42,903 nt of DNA from Diploschistes diacapsis. Its lineage: Eukaryota. Position numbers and translations under genes: made by a program. The stretch is from assembly GCA_023645945.1 (NCBI GenBank), contig JALAIB010000039.1, forward strand, positions 1 through 42,903. The letters are read 5' to 3'. Shown one piece after another: positions 12,903 to 25,513 of this stretch (the first letter of the stretch is position 1; each line of letters begins with the position of its first letter). The notes below the pieces were generated by a model. The model ran no database searches, was not told the origin of the DNA, and saw only the letters and a list, made by a program, of their open reading frames with translations.

Positions 12903-13771
12903 ATGGCTTCCTCTCCAATCCAACACAAAGCTTTCCTGAATGTCGATCTAGGGGAGGCTGTAAGAATCTTCTTTCGTTAGCAATGTAAGAAAATAATAAA
13001 AATATAGTATGGTAATTATGTTTGCGGGCCGGATCTCGAGCTTCTGCCCCTGATCGATCACGCAAACGTGGCATGCGGCTTTCACGCTGGAGACCCTCTC
13101 ATAATGATGGAGACGGTCAGAAATTGCAAGAAGCATAACATCAAAGTGGGTGCTCACCCGGGCCTGCCAGACATCCAAGGTAGAAGACACAGCAGCACTA
13201 TGTTCAATCTCCATTGCTCATACGTTACTGAGGATTCGGACGTCGTGAAATCAAGATGTCTCCAGACGAGCTAACAGCGAACACGAGATATCAAGTAGGA
13301 GCTCTGAAGGCGTTCTTAGACGTCGAAGAAGTTCCCTTGCACCATGTGAAGCCTCATGGAGTACTCTATGGTATGATGTGCCGGGACTATGAGACCGCAC
13401 GAGCCGTGATGGAAGGCATTCCCAAGGGCGTCCCTGTATTCGGACTGGCGGGAACCGAGATGGAGAAGGCTGCAAATGATCTGAAACTCCCTTTCTGGGC
13501 CGAAATGTACGGGGATGTCAAATATGACCGGCATGGAATGCTGGTCATCGATAGGAAAAAGAAAGCGTGGGCAATCGAGGACGTGCGAAAACATGTCGGC
13601 CAGCAGCTCAACTCGCAGTCTGTCACAGCTACCGATGGAAGCGTTGTTCAATTGCCTATCAGGGATTACCCTATTTCGGTGTGCTGCCATTCGGATTCAC
13701 CTGGGTGTCTAGATATAGTCAAGACGACGAAAGAGGTCATTGATGAATTCAACAAAGGACACGGAAGATAA
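12903..13771 (+). CDS. lamB: LamB/YcsF (PxpA-like) lactam utilisation protein
   Basis: [52 protein letters not shown]. Introns 12960-13007 and 13180-13232. Divergent from the lamA-like gene. Confidence 0.92.
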
Positions 13772-14204
13772 TCCTGTTGCAGGCATAATGGTATATGGGC
13801 GGTAATTCTAAATACTTCTATACAACTGTAGAAACGGAAGGAACCCTGTAAAGTTGATGCACATCATCCTGTACGTTCCAATTTTATCTCGAACGATTCA
13901 TCCAGGCGGTATCAACAATATCTTGCACACCAGATGGATTGTCTAGAAAGCAGCTTCAGATAATGTTGTTTTTTTGATTGGAGAAGCTATCGCACTTTCT
14001 ATTTTCATTGAAGTGTGCTAGCTCTAAAAAGAAGGTGCTTGCAGTATACCGACGAGGCTGAGTTCGTATGGTGCGCTGCATGGAGGCGCTGCCTACGTGC
14101 ATGTATCTACAGGATATAGATCTACCCCACTCTCCCCGTCAGGCATCCGAATAACCTTGTGAACCTACTCTGCGAAAGAATGTTGTAGGCTGCAGAAGGG
14201 GATT

Positions 14205-14235
14205 CTATATATATTCCTATATATATTCCTATATA
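14205..14235 (+). promoter_or_regulatory. Tandemly duplicated TATA-containing 12-mer upstream of the NLR
   Basis: CTATATATATTC x2 plus CTATATA, about 65 nt before ATG 14301. Confidence 0.5.
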
Positions 14236-14300
14236 GACTCCTTCACCCATGTACACTGCCAAGAGTCAACCGGCAACGTCACGCCCGATCGGACAAAACT

Positions 14301-17300
14301 ATGGCCGACGTACACCGGATCGGCTTCACGGAGCTTTCTGGCAGTCAAGGCGCTAGGGTTGATTTGCGGAGGGTCAAGTATTGGAGCCTGACTTACAGAG
14401 CTTGGTAGCACCCACACTAACGTAAGGCAGTATCATCTTAGTTCATGGTTTAAGAGGTCATCCGGTGGAGACATGGGAGAGCAGTCAAGAAGATGGCAAC
14501 AAACCCACGGCTGGCCCGTCAGGTTTGCGCCAGAGCGTCAGATCCCTCTTCAAATCCCACGCTTCCCCATCAAGAAGCGACAGCACACAGAACAATGCAA
14601 GTTCGGCGCAGCGGAAAGTTTTCTGGCTCCGAGATTTTCTTGTTGAGGACATTCCGCAGGCAAGAGTATGGACGTACGGGTACAACGCCGATGTGATTGG
14701 CGGTGTGTTTCAGGCAAACAACAAGAACAGCGTCTCGCAGCATGGTCGTGATCTCAAAGTTCGTCTCGAGCGCGACATTGAAAATGAGGTGATTCTAAAC
14801 GGGTTGGAGAGCTTCAGAGTACAGGCTCACGGGAATAGGACCCAATCATATTTGTGGCTCACAGCCTCGGGGGCATCATCGTCAAAGATGTATGAAAGCG
14901 GCTCTGTTCTCGAAGTATGGCGATGCAGGAATGCTGACGTTGGGTCACAGGCAATTACAAGATCTGAAAAGTGTCGGTCTCGAACGAAACTTATCGTCTT
15001 TCTTGGAACACCACATCGTGGCAGCGCAATGGCGGGATGGGGAGAAATTGCATCGAATCTTGCGCAATTGGCGTTCCAGGACTCGCATAAAAAGATCGTT
15101 CAGGCTCTGGACGTGGACAGCGAGGTGCTTAATAATATCCATGAGCAGTTTATAAGCACAGTGTATGACCACGGCATCCCCATACATTCCTTTCAGGAGG
15201 CTCGAGGAATGACTGGTATGAAGGGGCTGCATAAAAAGGTACGCAATTCCAAACTTGAGGGACGTTGCAACGTGACCAAGTACGTCGGTGATTGCAGGTA
15301 GTGGACGACTTCTCTTCGAAATTAGACTTGACCCAATCACTGGAGACCGTGGAGAGTATCGATGCGAATCATACTCAAATGTGTAGATGCGAAGACAAAA
15401 TGGACGCGCGCTATCGCGCCATTTCTGGAGTGTTGAAGCAGTCACTGAGGAGCGGCCTGCTTAATGTAGATACTCATGGAAGCCGGCTTATTACGACGCT
15501 AAGGTCTGATGTGCAAGTGCAGCAAGAAGTGGCAGGAGGTGGAGTAGGTGGTGGTGGTAGCGCAAGAGAAATTAGACGAAGCAGTTAGTGTATCTCTACT
15601 CTCAATGTTTCTGATTTGCGCAGGTCGCTAATCGCTTACAGCTCATGCCACAGGCTCTTGCTTTTATATTCCCTTTCTACGAAATCGACGATTCGTCGGT
15701 CGGATGAACTTACTGAAAGAGATTGGAGAAAAGCTGCTCACTAATGAACACTGCCAGAAGCTTGCAATTGTCGGCCTTGGTGGAGTGGGAAAGACACAGC
15801 TTGCGCTGGAGTTTGCATACGTGGTGAAGGAGCGCTGGCCTGGGTATTCCATTTTCTGGGTGCCGGCCGTAAGTAGTGAGACTTTTGAGCAGGCATACGG
15901 TGAGATAGCGACAAGATGCTCTGTTCCTGTGAATGAGAAAGAGGAGGACTTAAAAACAACTGTGCAGCGTTACTTGAGCGATAGCTCTGCAGGCAAATGG
16001 CTCCTGATCGTTGACAACTCAGACGAACGAGAGATCTTGTTTGGAACAACAGAGGAGCCAAAGGGTATAGCAGACTATCTACCGGAGAGCGAGAATGGGT
16101 TGACGTTGTTCACTACCCGTACCAGAGAGATGGCACAATCACTAGCAGGCAATGAGATCGTCGAGATCGACGAAATGAATCCCGAGGAAGCGAAAACCTT
16201 TCTTGAAAAGTCTTTGATTCAAACAGAGTTGCTTTCTGACACTGCCATCGTTTCAGAATTGCTGAGCGAGTTGACAAATCTGCCTTTAGCCATCGCACAA
16301 GCGGCGGCATACATCAATTCAATGCGGATTTCAATCCAAGTTTATCTGTCGCTTTTACGGGGTACTGAACACGATGCAATCAGCCTTCTAAGTCGAGAAT
16401 TCCATGACAACATGCGTTACAAAGGCTTGAGGAATGCTGTGGCCGCAACGTGGCTCGTGTCATTCAACCAGATTCAGCGATCAGACCCCATTGCTGCAGA
16501 TTTACTCTCCTTTATATCATGCATCGAAAACAAAGCGATTCCCCAATCGATGTTGCCTTCCTCGCAGCCGGCAGAGCGTATGATGCACGCCATCGGTACA
16601 CTTTCTGCCTATGCTTTCGTCATAAGACGCGACGCTAGCGACATTTATGACATCCATAGGCTTGTGCATCTAGCAACAAAAGTGTGGCTGGACAAGCATG
16701 GTCTCACAGAAAAGTGGAAAGAGAAAGCTGCTACACACTTACGGCAGATATTTCCTTCAGTTAAGTGGAGTAATCGAGCCATATGGAGTGAGTATTTACC
16801 TCATGCTCTCCGCTTTCTCAGAGACACTGAAGGGTGGGATAACAGCAATAGGTATATATTAAGTATGTTAGTTGGACAATGGTTTCACTTTAACGGGCGA
16901 TATGGTGAAGCAATGGTACATCTTTCAGAATCTTTCTCATGGATGAAATTGCATTTAGCAGAAGATCACCCTGATCGACTGATGTCGCAGCGCTCTTTTG
17001 CAAAGGCATATCTCAGTGAAGGGCGAGTTAAAGAGGCAATCGAGCTACTTGAGCAGGTTATTGCAATTGAAAAGGTGCTTGCAGAAGATAATCCTAATCA
17101 ACTATTGTCGCAGTGCGTTCTTGCGGAGGCATACTCTATTGACGGGCGAGCCAAAGAAGGAATCGAGCTACTTAAGCAGATTATTGCAATTAAAAAGGAG
17201 CTTGCAGAAGATCGTCCTGGTCAATTATTTTCGCAGCATGTGCTTCTTGCACACGCATATCTTCAAGACAGACAAGTTGAAAAGGCAGTTGAGCTGCTCG

Positions 17301-18097
17301 AGCATGTTGTTATAATCCGAAAAAAGATGTTTGCAGAAGATCATCCTAATCAACTATCGTCGCAGCATATGCTCGCAATGGCATATCTTGAAGACGGACG
17401 AGTTAAAAAGGCGGCTGAACTGCTCGAGCATGTTGTTACAATCCGAAAAAAGATGCTTGCAGAAGATCATCCTAATCAACTATGGTCGCAGCACATGCTC
17501 GCAATGGCATATCTTCAAGACGGACGAGTTGAAAAGGCAGTTAAGCTGCTCGAGCATGTTGTTACAATTCAAAAAAAGACATTTGCAGAAAATCATCCTG
17601 ATCGACTATGGTCGCAGCACGTGCTCGCAAAGGCATATCTTCAAGACGGACAAGTTGAAAAGGCAGTTGAGCTACTCGAGCATGTTGTTACAATTCAAAA
17701 AAAGACATTTGCAGAAAATCATCCTGATCAACTATCGTCACAGCACATGCTCGCAGAGGCATATCTTCAAGACGGACGAGTTGAAAAGGCAGTTAAGCTG
17801 CTCGAGCATGTTGTTACAATCCAGAAAAAGATGCTTGCAGAAAATCATCCTGATCAACTATGGTCGCAGCACATGCTCGCAATGGCATATCTTCAAGACG
17901 GACGAGTTGAAAAGGCAGTTGAGCTGCTCGAGCATGTTGTTACAATCCAGAAAAAGATGCTTGCAGAAGATCATCCCTCTCGAATCAGATCAGAACGTCT
18001 GCTTTCCAAATCTCATGAAGAGCAACGACGGAAGGAAACACTGGATCAACACAAGCAGACCAATGATAATCTCAATTCAAAGTCATGCCAAGTATGA
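14301..18097 (+). CDS. Fungal NLR: SesB-like alpha/beta hydrolase + NB-ARC + TPR
   Basis: IILVHGLRGHP, RVWTYGYNA, IIFVAHSLGG (nucleophile Ser), FLGTPHRGS, DANHTQM; P-loop GLGGVGKT; Walker B WLLIVDN; 42-aa TPRs. Introns 14378-14430, 14789-14838, 14890-14950, 15239-15297, 15584-15641 restore one frame (first donor least certain). Confidence 0.9.
16960..17980 (+). repeat. About eight 126-nt TPR-coding tandem repeats, the last five nearly identical
   Basis: Recurrent GCAGAARATCATCCT...TCGCAGCA...GCATATCTTCAAGACGGAC...GAGCATGTTGTTACAAT units. Confidence 0.92.
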
Positions 18098-19246
18098 TGG
18101 TTTCTAGCTCGAGGTTACTCCCATCTATTCAAGGAGGGAAATGGCAGTTAGAGGCACCATGAATCTTGCCGTAAGATGCAAGACAGTAACAGTGTGGTTC
18201 ATTGTCGAGAATCTCGAGCTCTGCTGTTTTCCCCTCTCAACCAATACCGCAACTCGTTTTGATATCACTTGATACTTTCCAATGCCAATAGCCTGCTATG
18301 GTTTTCAGGTCTCGCTCTTCCTCAACTTACTACCGTTGTCACTGCTATTATCTTGAGGCTTGCTTGGGAAAGAACGGTGGACGTTGTCAAAACTATGGTG
18401 GCGAAATATCGAAGTCACCATGCATCAGTATTGGCACCATGCTAATGCTGTAGCGGACGGCCAGGCAAACGGAGAATCTGTACAAGTGAGCCTTGCAGAG
18501 AGAAAGGTTGTTGGCACGAAGCATCTGGACTCGTTATAGATACTGTGTTATTTGAGGAACCTAGTTGATGGTGGCGGTCCGTCAAACGAGGTGAAGATGC
18601 TCCAAGCAAGGGTTTCCCCAAAGTACAGCAGCGAATTTGGTACTAGAGTAGGACAGATATTGGAAACGGATGAATCACAATCACAAGCGGCTATGAAACG
18701 CCAATTATGTGTATTAAAAAGCAGTTCACGAGAGTTATTGTCGTATTAGAACCGTGGTAGTAAGCGATAGTAAGAATAATTTGCATATCCAGCACCTCTT
18801 CTACTACTTTGTGGCGACACAAGAGCTCGAGAGATGCTTCAAAAACCAACTGTGATATAGACCTGAGATACATGAAGCTCTGCCGAACTTTTAAGTGTCT
18901 TTTCTGACTGATCTGAAGCATCTTTCCAACTCTTGTGTAGCCATAAAAGTGGTGAGAGAGGTACTGCTGGTGCAAATTATTCTCGACATGGTTAGTGCTA
19001 CCTCCGCGAAGGAGACGCGCATTAGTCCCCATTGAACGCGTTATCTTGACAGGAATCTCCTCCACTATAGTCCATAGAGGTCCGCTGCTGCCAACACTCT
19101 TTTGTCACTTCCAGCAGGCCCAGACCGAATGCTGCTGCCCATGTTTTGATTCTCGAACACGGCTGTGACGAGACTGTGAACTCCCTAATGCGGCTTTCCG
19201 GAGCGTACTAGCACCCTCTGATAACAAGTACGCATCTAGGGGAAGC

Positions 19247-20869
19247 ATGGAGTTGTGGAGAGGTTCTATACCTGCCATTGGGGAGGATACCGTTGAGTTG
19301 GATGGTGGGTTTGCTACATTCGTAACTTTGGAGCCAGTCTGATTTCGGGGAGATGTCCAGATTTGGAGTCTCGAAGAAGGGTCGAAGACAACACTTCCCC
19401 GTGGTACAGCTATTAAGTTCCTTTCATTAGTTGATCGTGGCCGGACGCCTCTGCATCTGATCGCGGGTAGGGCGTTCGAGGTGTGTACCGGAAGTGAAAA
19501 GACGGAAGCGTGGTTTGAGGAGAATTTATTGCACGATTTTCACTGCATGGGTATCAATGAGCGCGATGATGGCGTGCTCGACAACGGCTGCCGAGACTCG
19601 GATATCGCGATTCTACTGAGCGTTGAAGCGCCTGAAGAGGTGCGGACATGCGCATATGGGCCTCAAGTGACTGAGCTGTTGGTTTATGCTTCAGCGTCAC
19701 CGTGTCCCCTCTCTCAGCCTGCAGGCATATTCACGCCTCCTCGATCGTCGTCGCCGAATCCGGACGGCCGAGAGCACTCCCCCGCGACGCAGCCACTCAA
19801 CGTCAAGATCTATGCCTTGCCGCTTTCCTCGCAGCTTTTCTACAAACACAACCTAAACCAAGCTCCTCCATCCCCTCCACGCTCTGATGCTTCCTTGCCT
19901 CGCATCGAAGCCCGTTTCCTTCCTCCACAAGAGTTCTCCACGTCGCGGAAGCGTCAGCGGCTGAACAGTCTCTTTGATGGCGCCGCGCAGCAGACGAAAC
20001 GCATGAAGCGACATGGCGGACAGAAAGTGGGAAAGATGATGGCTACCTCGAAGCCCCAATCGCCCACGGCAATCGCATATGCTTCCAAAGATGCTAGACC
20101 GCAGCAGCAACCACCAATGCGTGTCCGCAGGGTTCCAAAGCCTCCACTTCGCTCACAGAGTACGGGCTGTATGCAGGAGCACAAGGAGACACACAGTCGT
20201 CGATCGCACAGTCGCAGCTACAGCGGAACTGGAGCGCTTGCGCGGACACAGAGATCTTCGTTACACCGAGTTACGAGCATGGGCGACATTGGAGGGCCAG
20301 GACCTACGGGAGGCGATTCACACATGCCTGACCTTCCAGAGTCGATATTGAATACCCACCCGCAGATGGAAGCCACATCCTTCCAAGCCAAGAACAAGAA
20401 CGCCCTTTCCCGGGTAATCATGGCGGGCATGCGTATGCACGGCCTTTCGCAGCGGAAGAAAACATTTCCGCCGCCAACGCCGATAATAGATCAGGAACCC
20501 TCGTCGCGTCCTACCACTGCATCAGGTACCACCATTGCAGCTGGGACCCCAAGTCTCGAGGACGAGTACAAGCTCGTCTACCACCAAACATACAAGGCCG
20601 CTGCGTTTACGCTGAGGCGGGAAATTGGATCGTGCCTCGTTAGCCAGGAGCGGATGCGAGATGTGTCGGATGTGCTGTTGAACTTGTTCTGTCGAGATTC
20701 CACCACAGCTGGCGGGGGGCTGGAAGAGGGGCACGATGTAGTTGGCGCGACTCGAGTAAAGGAACCGTTCGATCGGCCGAGTGTACCAGAGCTCCAAAAG
20801 GGACCTTCTCGGGAGCCCGTGACGCTTGAGCGCAGGGAGGAGGTCCTGGTAGAGCCAAGTAGGGCATGA
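19247..20869 (+). CDS. sld7: Sld7-like replication factor (Sld7 C-terminal domain)
   Basis: C-terminal NKNALSRVIMAGMRMHGL...EDEYKLVYHQTYKAAAFTLR...MRDVSDVLLNLFC. ATG 19247 and intron 19305-19352 join in frame to ORF 19481. Confidence 0.75.
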
Positions 20870-21193
20870 ATGCAGATAATGCTTCGTCTCACGCTCTATC
20901 TGCCTGGATTGATATTTTGGCTGATCTCGCTATGCTCGGTAGCTGGAAGCCAATATCCTCATACAAACCTGCACCTCGGCTGTCCCAACGCCTGCTGTGT
21001 ATTTCCAGTCTGCGCTTAATGGGCTTCTTGTTGGAAAGATGAGATAGACGTGTATATAGAGCAGCACACGATAGGCCGGAAGGCCTGGAAGGCGTATATA
21101 GTTGACTGTTGCTACCCGTTATAGAGGTGGAGCAAAGCAATGGCTATCGAGCCTGTGAAGAGAATTGAAATGAGAACTGAAACTCTGGCAATG

Positions 21194-21200
<7 letters not shown>

Positions 21201-21227
<27 letters not shown>
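21201..21227. repeat. (AG)n microsatellite
   Basis: About 13 AG units between two convergent genes. Confidence 0.95.
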
Positions 21228-21854
21228 TGTTGAGAGGAAAGATCATCTGAAAGCAAAACGCTGACGAGGGTAGCGAAGAATGTGCGTTCCTCCCTGCTGC
21301 ATACACGCGCGTAGATGCTGTGAGAATACCACGCAGGATACGTTGGTTGGTTACCTGGTATCGTATGTGAGAGACGTTCAGACCAGAATAGGATCTCTCG
21401 GGTAGATCAGAATTCCGTCCAAAAGGAAGAAAGAAAGTAAGTCAAAAAGGGAGCAAAGAGTGACCACCGCCTGATCTTTTTTTATATATAAAGACATCCC
21501 CGCATAATAGCAGCTGCGATTGCTTGAATCCCCTCGTTCCATTCGCTTGCTTGCTAGCCATCCCCGTTGGACGAAACAACATATATACAGAACCGCTCGA
21601 CGTCTGGTATCTCCACCCCCCAGCTTCCCTGTGTATAAATTCTGTGCCCGTGTCGTCCCCAAGACCCCGGGTCCTAATGCTGTGCCATGCCATGCCATGC
21701 CAGGCAATGCAGTGCAGTGTGACGTATTACGCCGCAACAAGCAAAATCATCGTAAAAGTCTTCGTCAATGTCTTCGCGTCCCTTGGCTTTCGAATACCCC
21801 GTTCTTTTCCTGCCCCGTCCCAACTCCCGCTTCTGCTCTTGCCCCACCCCATCA

Positions 21855-22823
21855 TCACCGCCGAACCTCCCCCCCGTCGAGCTCGTACCTCGTCCCCCTC
21901 TGCTCCGCCTCCACCGGCGCCTCCACCGCCCAACTGTCGCCCCCAAGCTCATTTATCGACTCCTGATGCAGTTCCGCCCTCATGTGTCCGCCCATGCCCT
22001 CAGCCTCCGCCTCCGCCGTCCCAGCCCTTACCGGATACGCGCCCTTTTTCTCGCTATAGACACCCGTCATAGGCCCATCGCTCTTCCTGCTCGCTCTCCT
22101 CCGCTGCCAGAGCAAAAAGCCCAGGGCGCCCAGCACCAACGCGGCCCCGACACCCACGCCGACGCCGACGCCGATCGTCGCCGGCTCCGAGAGGCCCCCG
22201 CTCGAGTCGTTGTTCGTATTACCCGCGTCGGGCACGGCGGTGGCCGTAGTCACGGCGTCGGTGCTGACGGGAAAACTGCTGATGCTGACGGGCACCTGGG
22301 TGGAGTTGGAGCTGGCGGGCTCGCTCGAGGTGGCGGAGGTGCTGCCGCCGCCCTGCTGCTGCAGGCGGTAGACGACAATGCAGTTGAAGCCGCCCTGCTT
22401 GTACAGCGTGCTGTCCGTGTCTCTCAGTACCAGATAGTTGATGCTGCCGTCGGTCGCGGTGCCGGCCTGGGCGTTGGTCGAGGCGTTCTTGTTGGAGATG
22501 TTCCAGTTTAGGGTGCCGCCGGCGGGGTCCGAGCACGAGCCGCCGTCCTCCCAGACGTAGTTGTTGCCTGGGGAGACGACGGTGCTGGAGTTGGGCGTGG
22601 CGCTGCCGAAATCGGTGGGGTAGGCGGAAAACCAGTCGACTTCGGACCGGGCGCCGGGGCTGGCCCAGCAGTTTACGAGGAAGGGGTAGCCTAGCTCGGG
22701 ATTGGAGGCGCGTCTCATGTGGGCGGATGGTGTGAAGAGGGAGAGAGGGTTGAGGGAGAAGGAAAGAGCAGTGGTGGCGACGAGGGAGAGGGTGAGGAGG
22801 AGGGCGCTCGTTCTCGAGGCCAT
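21855..22823 (-). CDS. Single-pass cell-surface protein (Mid2-like architecture)
   Basis: Signal peptide, Cys-containing ectodomain, Ser/Thr-rich stalk, TM segment IGVGVGVGVGAALVLGALGFLLW followed by RRR, cytoplasmic EL/EAP/YEL motifs. Intronless, GC-rich. Confidence 0.85.
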   Translation of the reverse strand: MASRTSALLLTLSLVATTALSFSLNPLSLFTPSAHMRRASNPELGYPFLVNCWASPGARSEVDWFSAYPTDFGSATPNSSTVVSPGNNYVWEDGGSCSDPAGGTLNWNISNKNASTNAQAGTATDGSINYLVLRDTDSTLYKQGGFNCIVVYRLQQQGGGSTSATSSEPASSNSTQVPVSISSFPVSTDAVTTATAVPDAGNTNNDSSGGLSEPATIGVGVGVGVGAALVLGALGFLLWQRRRASRKSDGPMTGVYSEKKGAYPVRAGTAEAEAEGMGGHMRAELHQESINELGGDSWAVEAPVEAEQRGTRYELDGGEVRR

Positions 22824-23430
22824 GGTGGATGGTTTGCGTTTGGAATATTTCTGATGGAGAAAGGCGACTCCAGGCGTCTGCTTGACACAAGACGGCTGTA
22901 GGAAAACAGGAGCAGACCTTGATTCAAAGAAGCGACGATGAAGGAACGAACTGGCTAAAGACAGAGTTGGCCAAAACTACGAGTAGGAAGACTCGAAAAC
23001 AGCAAGAAGGTTGGGAAAGTGGTGGCAGTAGGAAGGGGAACTCGGTCATTCGCTTTTCCCATGCTCTCTACCTTTGGAAGCGGAGGAGTGGTTCGCCAGT
23101 CCCAAATATGCATACCAAAGTATCTTACGGGGTTATTGGTTGTAGCAGTGAAGAATTCTAGCAGCATAACCAATCAATCAATCTTCAGGGACCTAAAACA
23201 CTGGGCATCCGGGCTGTGCGACATGCCGGCCCTTCGCATGATTGGTCTTGGTCTAGGTCTGGTCAAAGAATCAAGATATGGAGTAAGTAGTTGGTGATCA
23301 ATGGCTTCAAACTCCAACCTGGCTTATAAGTGTTATATAACCCCCTTTGAAACAGACTGCAATTAAAGACTATTACATACGCCCATTTTAATTTTAAGCT
23401 TATACAGCGCTACTAGATCGCTTACGCATA

Positions 23431-23640
23431 ACGTGTTTCACCATACAACGGAACACCCCACGAAGCGGATCACTACATTATAATGTAATTGCGCTAGATC
23501 GAGCGCTTCCATATTTGTACGAAGCTAAATCTGTTCTCAACCACACTACCCCGTTCTTCGGCCTTTAAGAAATACATTTTACGAAGGTGCAGGGATTGTG
23601 ATCCGCTTCGTGGGGTGATCCGTTGTGTGGTGAAACACGT
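23431..23640. mobile_element. 210-bp MITE, Tc1/mariner (Fot1/pogo-like) type
   Basis: 43-bp TIRs 23431-23473 and 23598-23640 (41/43 match) starting ACGT, flanked by TA at 23429-30 and 23641-42. No coding capacity. Confidence 0.9.
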
Positions 23641-23694
23641 TAAGTATACAACTCTCGCTTAAAAATCAAAAGCCACTTTTGCTCCCTCACAACG

Positions 23695-25513
23695 ATGCTC
23701 TGTGAAACGATATTCGACTAACCAGCCTGAATTCCGCGGCAAACACCCCGAGACGATTACGCATCTTCTCCTCGCTGCTACGTAAGATGGCCGCGGACTG
23801 TGCGCTTCGCTGACCAGCGGACTAGCTTCTAAGATCGCTGTGCATGCTGGTATGGACGAGAAGGTGGCAGCGGAATGGAATGGGCAGCGCCTCTGGACGT
23901 ACGAATGGGATCGCTACACTCGGGGCTCGTTTATACCGTCGAATTATCAAATTCTGCGGTATCAATCTCGCAATCCGAAGCTCGAGTACCGGGAATTCGC
24001 ACTGATACCCGCTGCGTTTGGGGAGGATGATCAAGCGTCTATTGACCAGGCTCTTAAGCGCGGTCGGCCAAGTCGTTTTATCGATAGCATTCAGAGCTGG
24101 AAGTCGATACGCCTTTCTTCTTCATGGTTGCAGACATGCTTGGAAGAGCATGCGGACTGTCCAAAAGCACAAAGTCCTTTAATTGCTACCTTTTGAAACC
24201 AGCTATGCCCAAAAGTATTCATGCCTGCCAGAAGATGTCCCTCCGCACTCCAGTACCAGCTGGCTCCCCAAACGCCTCATAGACAGATCCGACAATGAGA
24301 AGCTGCGTCTAATAGAAACCTCGGAGAGTGCCCCTATAGGCCAATACGCAACCCTAAGCTATTGCTGGGGCAAGAATCCTGACTTTCTAATGCTGACCGC
24401 TGATAACTTGCCCAAGCTGAAGAACCAGATCGCGGAGTTCTTAGTGCCGACGTTTAGAGATGCAATCAACGTAAGTAAGTGTTTGAACATTCGGTACTTG
24501 TGGATCGGCGCACTCTGCATCCTGCAGCGCGGCGAAGGCAGCGCCCAAGACTGGATAGACCATACTACCGCCATGCGGGACGTGTGCACACACTATCTCA
24601 TAAACATCTCTGCCGACAGAGCCGCTGGTGCCGGTGATGGATTCCTAATGCCCTGCAGTCTCGATCTCGTCTCCCCAGTCATTGTTGACCATCCTAAGCT
24701 ATCTGTTCACAGGATCGTGGATTTGGGCCTGGCCCACACCTGCATCAGCCGATCCCCCTTGGCGCAACGGGCATGGGTGCTGCAGGAACGCTGCTTTCCG
24801 GCGCGCGTCCCACACTTCACGGCGCAGCAGGCCTTTTGGGAATGCGTCAGTACAACGCTGGCTTCTGAGGCATTCCTCCAGCGAGTTCCGCTGGCATCCG
24901 ACTGCGGCGCATATTTCAGCGCCGTCCGCAAGACGATGAGCAGTGGAGTCCTGTCATCGCCCCCCTCAAATGGCTTGGGCTGTGATGGGCAGTCGCCACG
25001 GATGGTATCAGATACTCGAGGAATATACATCCGCAAAACTTACCTTTCCGGATAAGGACAAGTTTTATGCCCTGCCTGGCGTCGTGAGCCGAATGCAGCT
25101 TCAGTAGCCAGACGATCACACTGCTGGACTATTCCGGTCTGATTTCCCCCGAGGGTTGCTGTGGGGTATTGCGCCTGAAAGTAACGAGGGATGCCTCCAC
25201 GGTGGTGGCACAAGACGGCAAATACCTTACACCTACATGGAGCTGGGCCTCTCCGGACAGTCCAATAACTTACGCTCTAGCTAAGTCATGTCTTAGATAC
25301 CCACAGGACAAGATACAATTAGCAGATGTCCTCAAGGTGAGCTCGGCTCCCGTAGATCCCAGTCATCCACTGGGACCAGTGAGTGAAGGTGAGCTGCTGG
25401 TCCGCGGCCATGTGTGTAGTGTGTGCTGGGAGTTCGACAATTACGCTCTAGCGGGTGGCCTGCTACAACTTGTGCACCCAGAGGCTAGTCGATATCACCC
25501 CCTTTTGAATTAA
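23695..25513 (+). pseudogene. HET-domain (PF06985-type) heterokaryon incompatibility gene, disrupted
   Basis: WLQTCLEEHADC, WLPKRLID, YATLSYCWG, YLWIGALCILQ (conserved D replaced by G), PLAQRAWVLQER, PTWSWAS, spread over several frames with early stops and frameshifts. Confidence 0.85.

Noticed and set aside
6883..17980. CRISPR-like arrays (39-nt and 126-nt periodicities)
   Set aside because: Eukaryotic coding repeats with no repeat-spacer structure.
17331..18107. 258-aa repetitive ORF in an alternative frame
   Set aside because: Shadow of the TPR repeats: a stop-free frame is simply propagated by the 126-nt unit.
21378..22890. Many overlapping ORFs around the surface-protein gene
   Set aside because: GC-rich antisense and off-frame shadows with no motifs.
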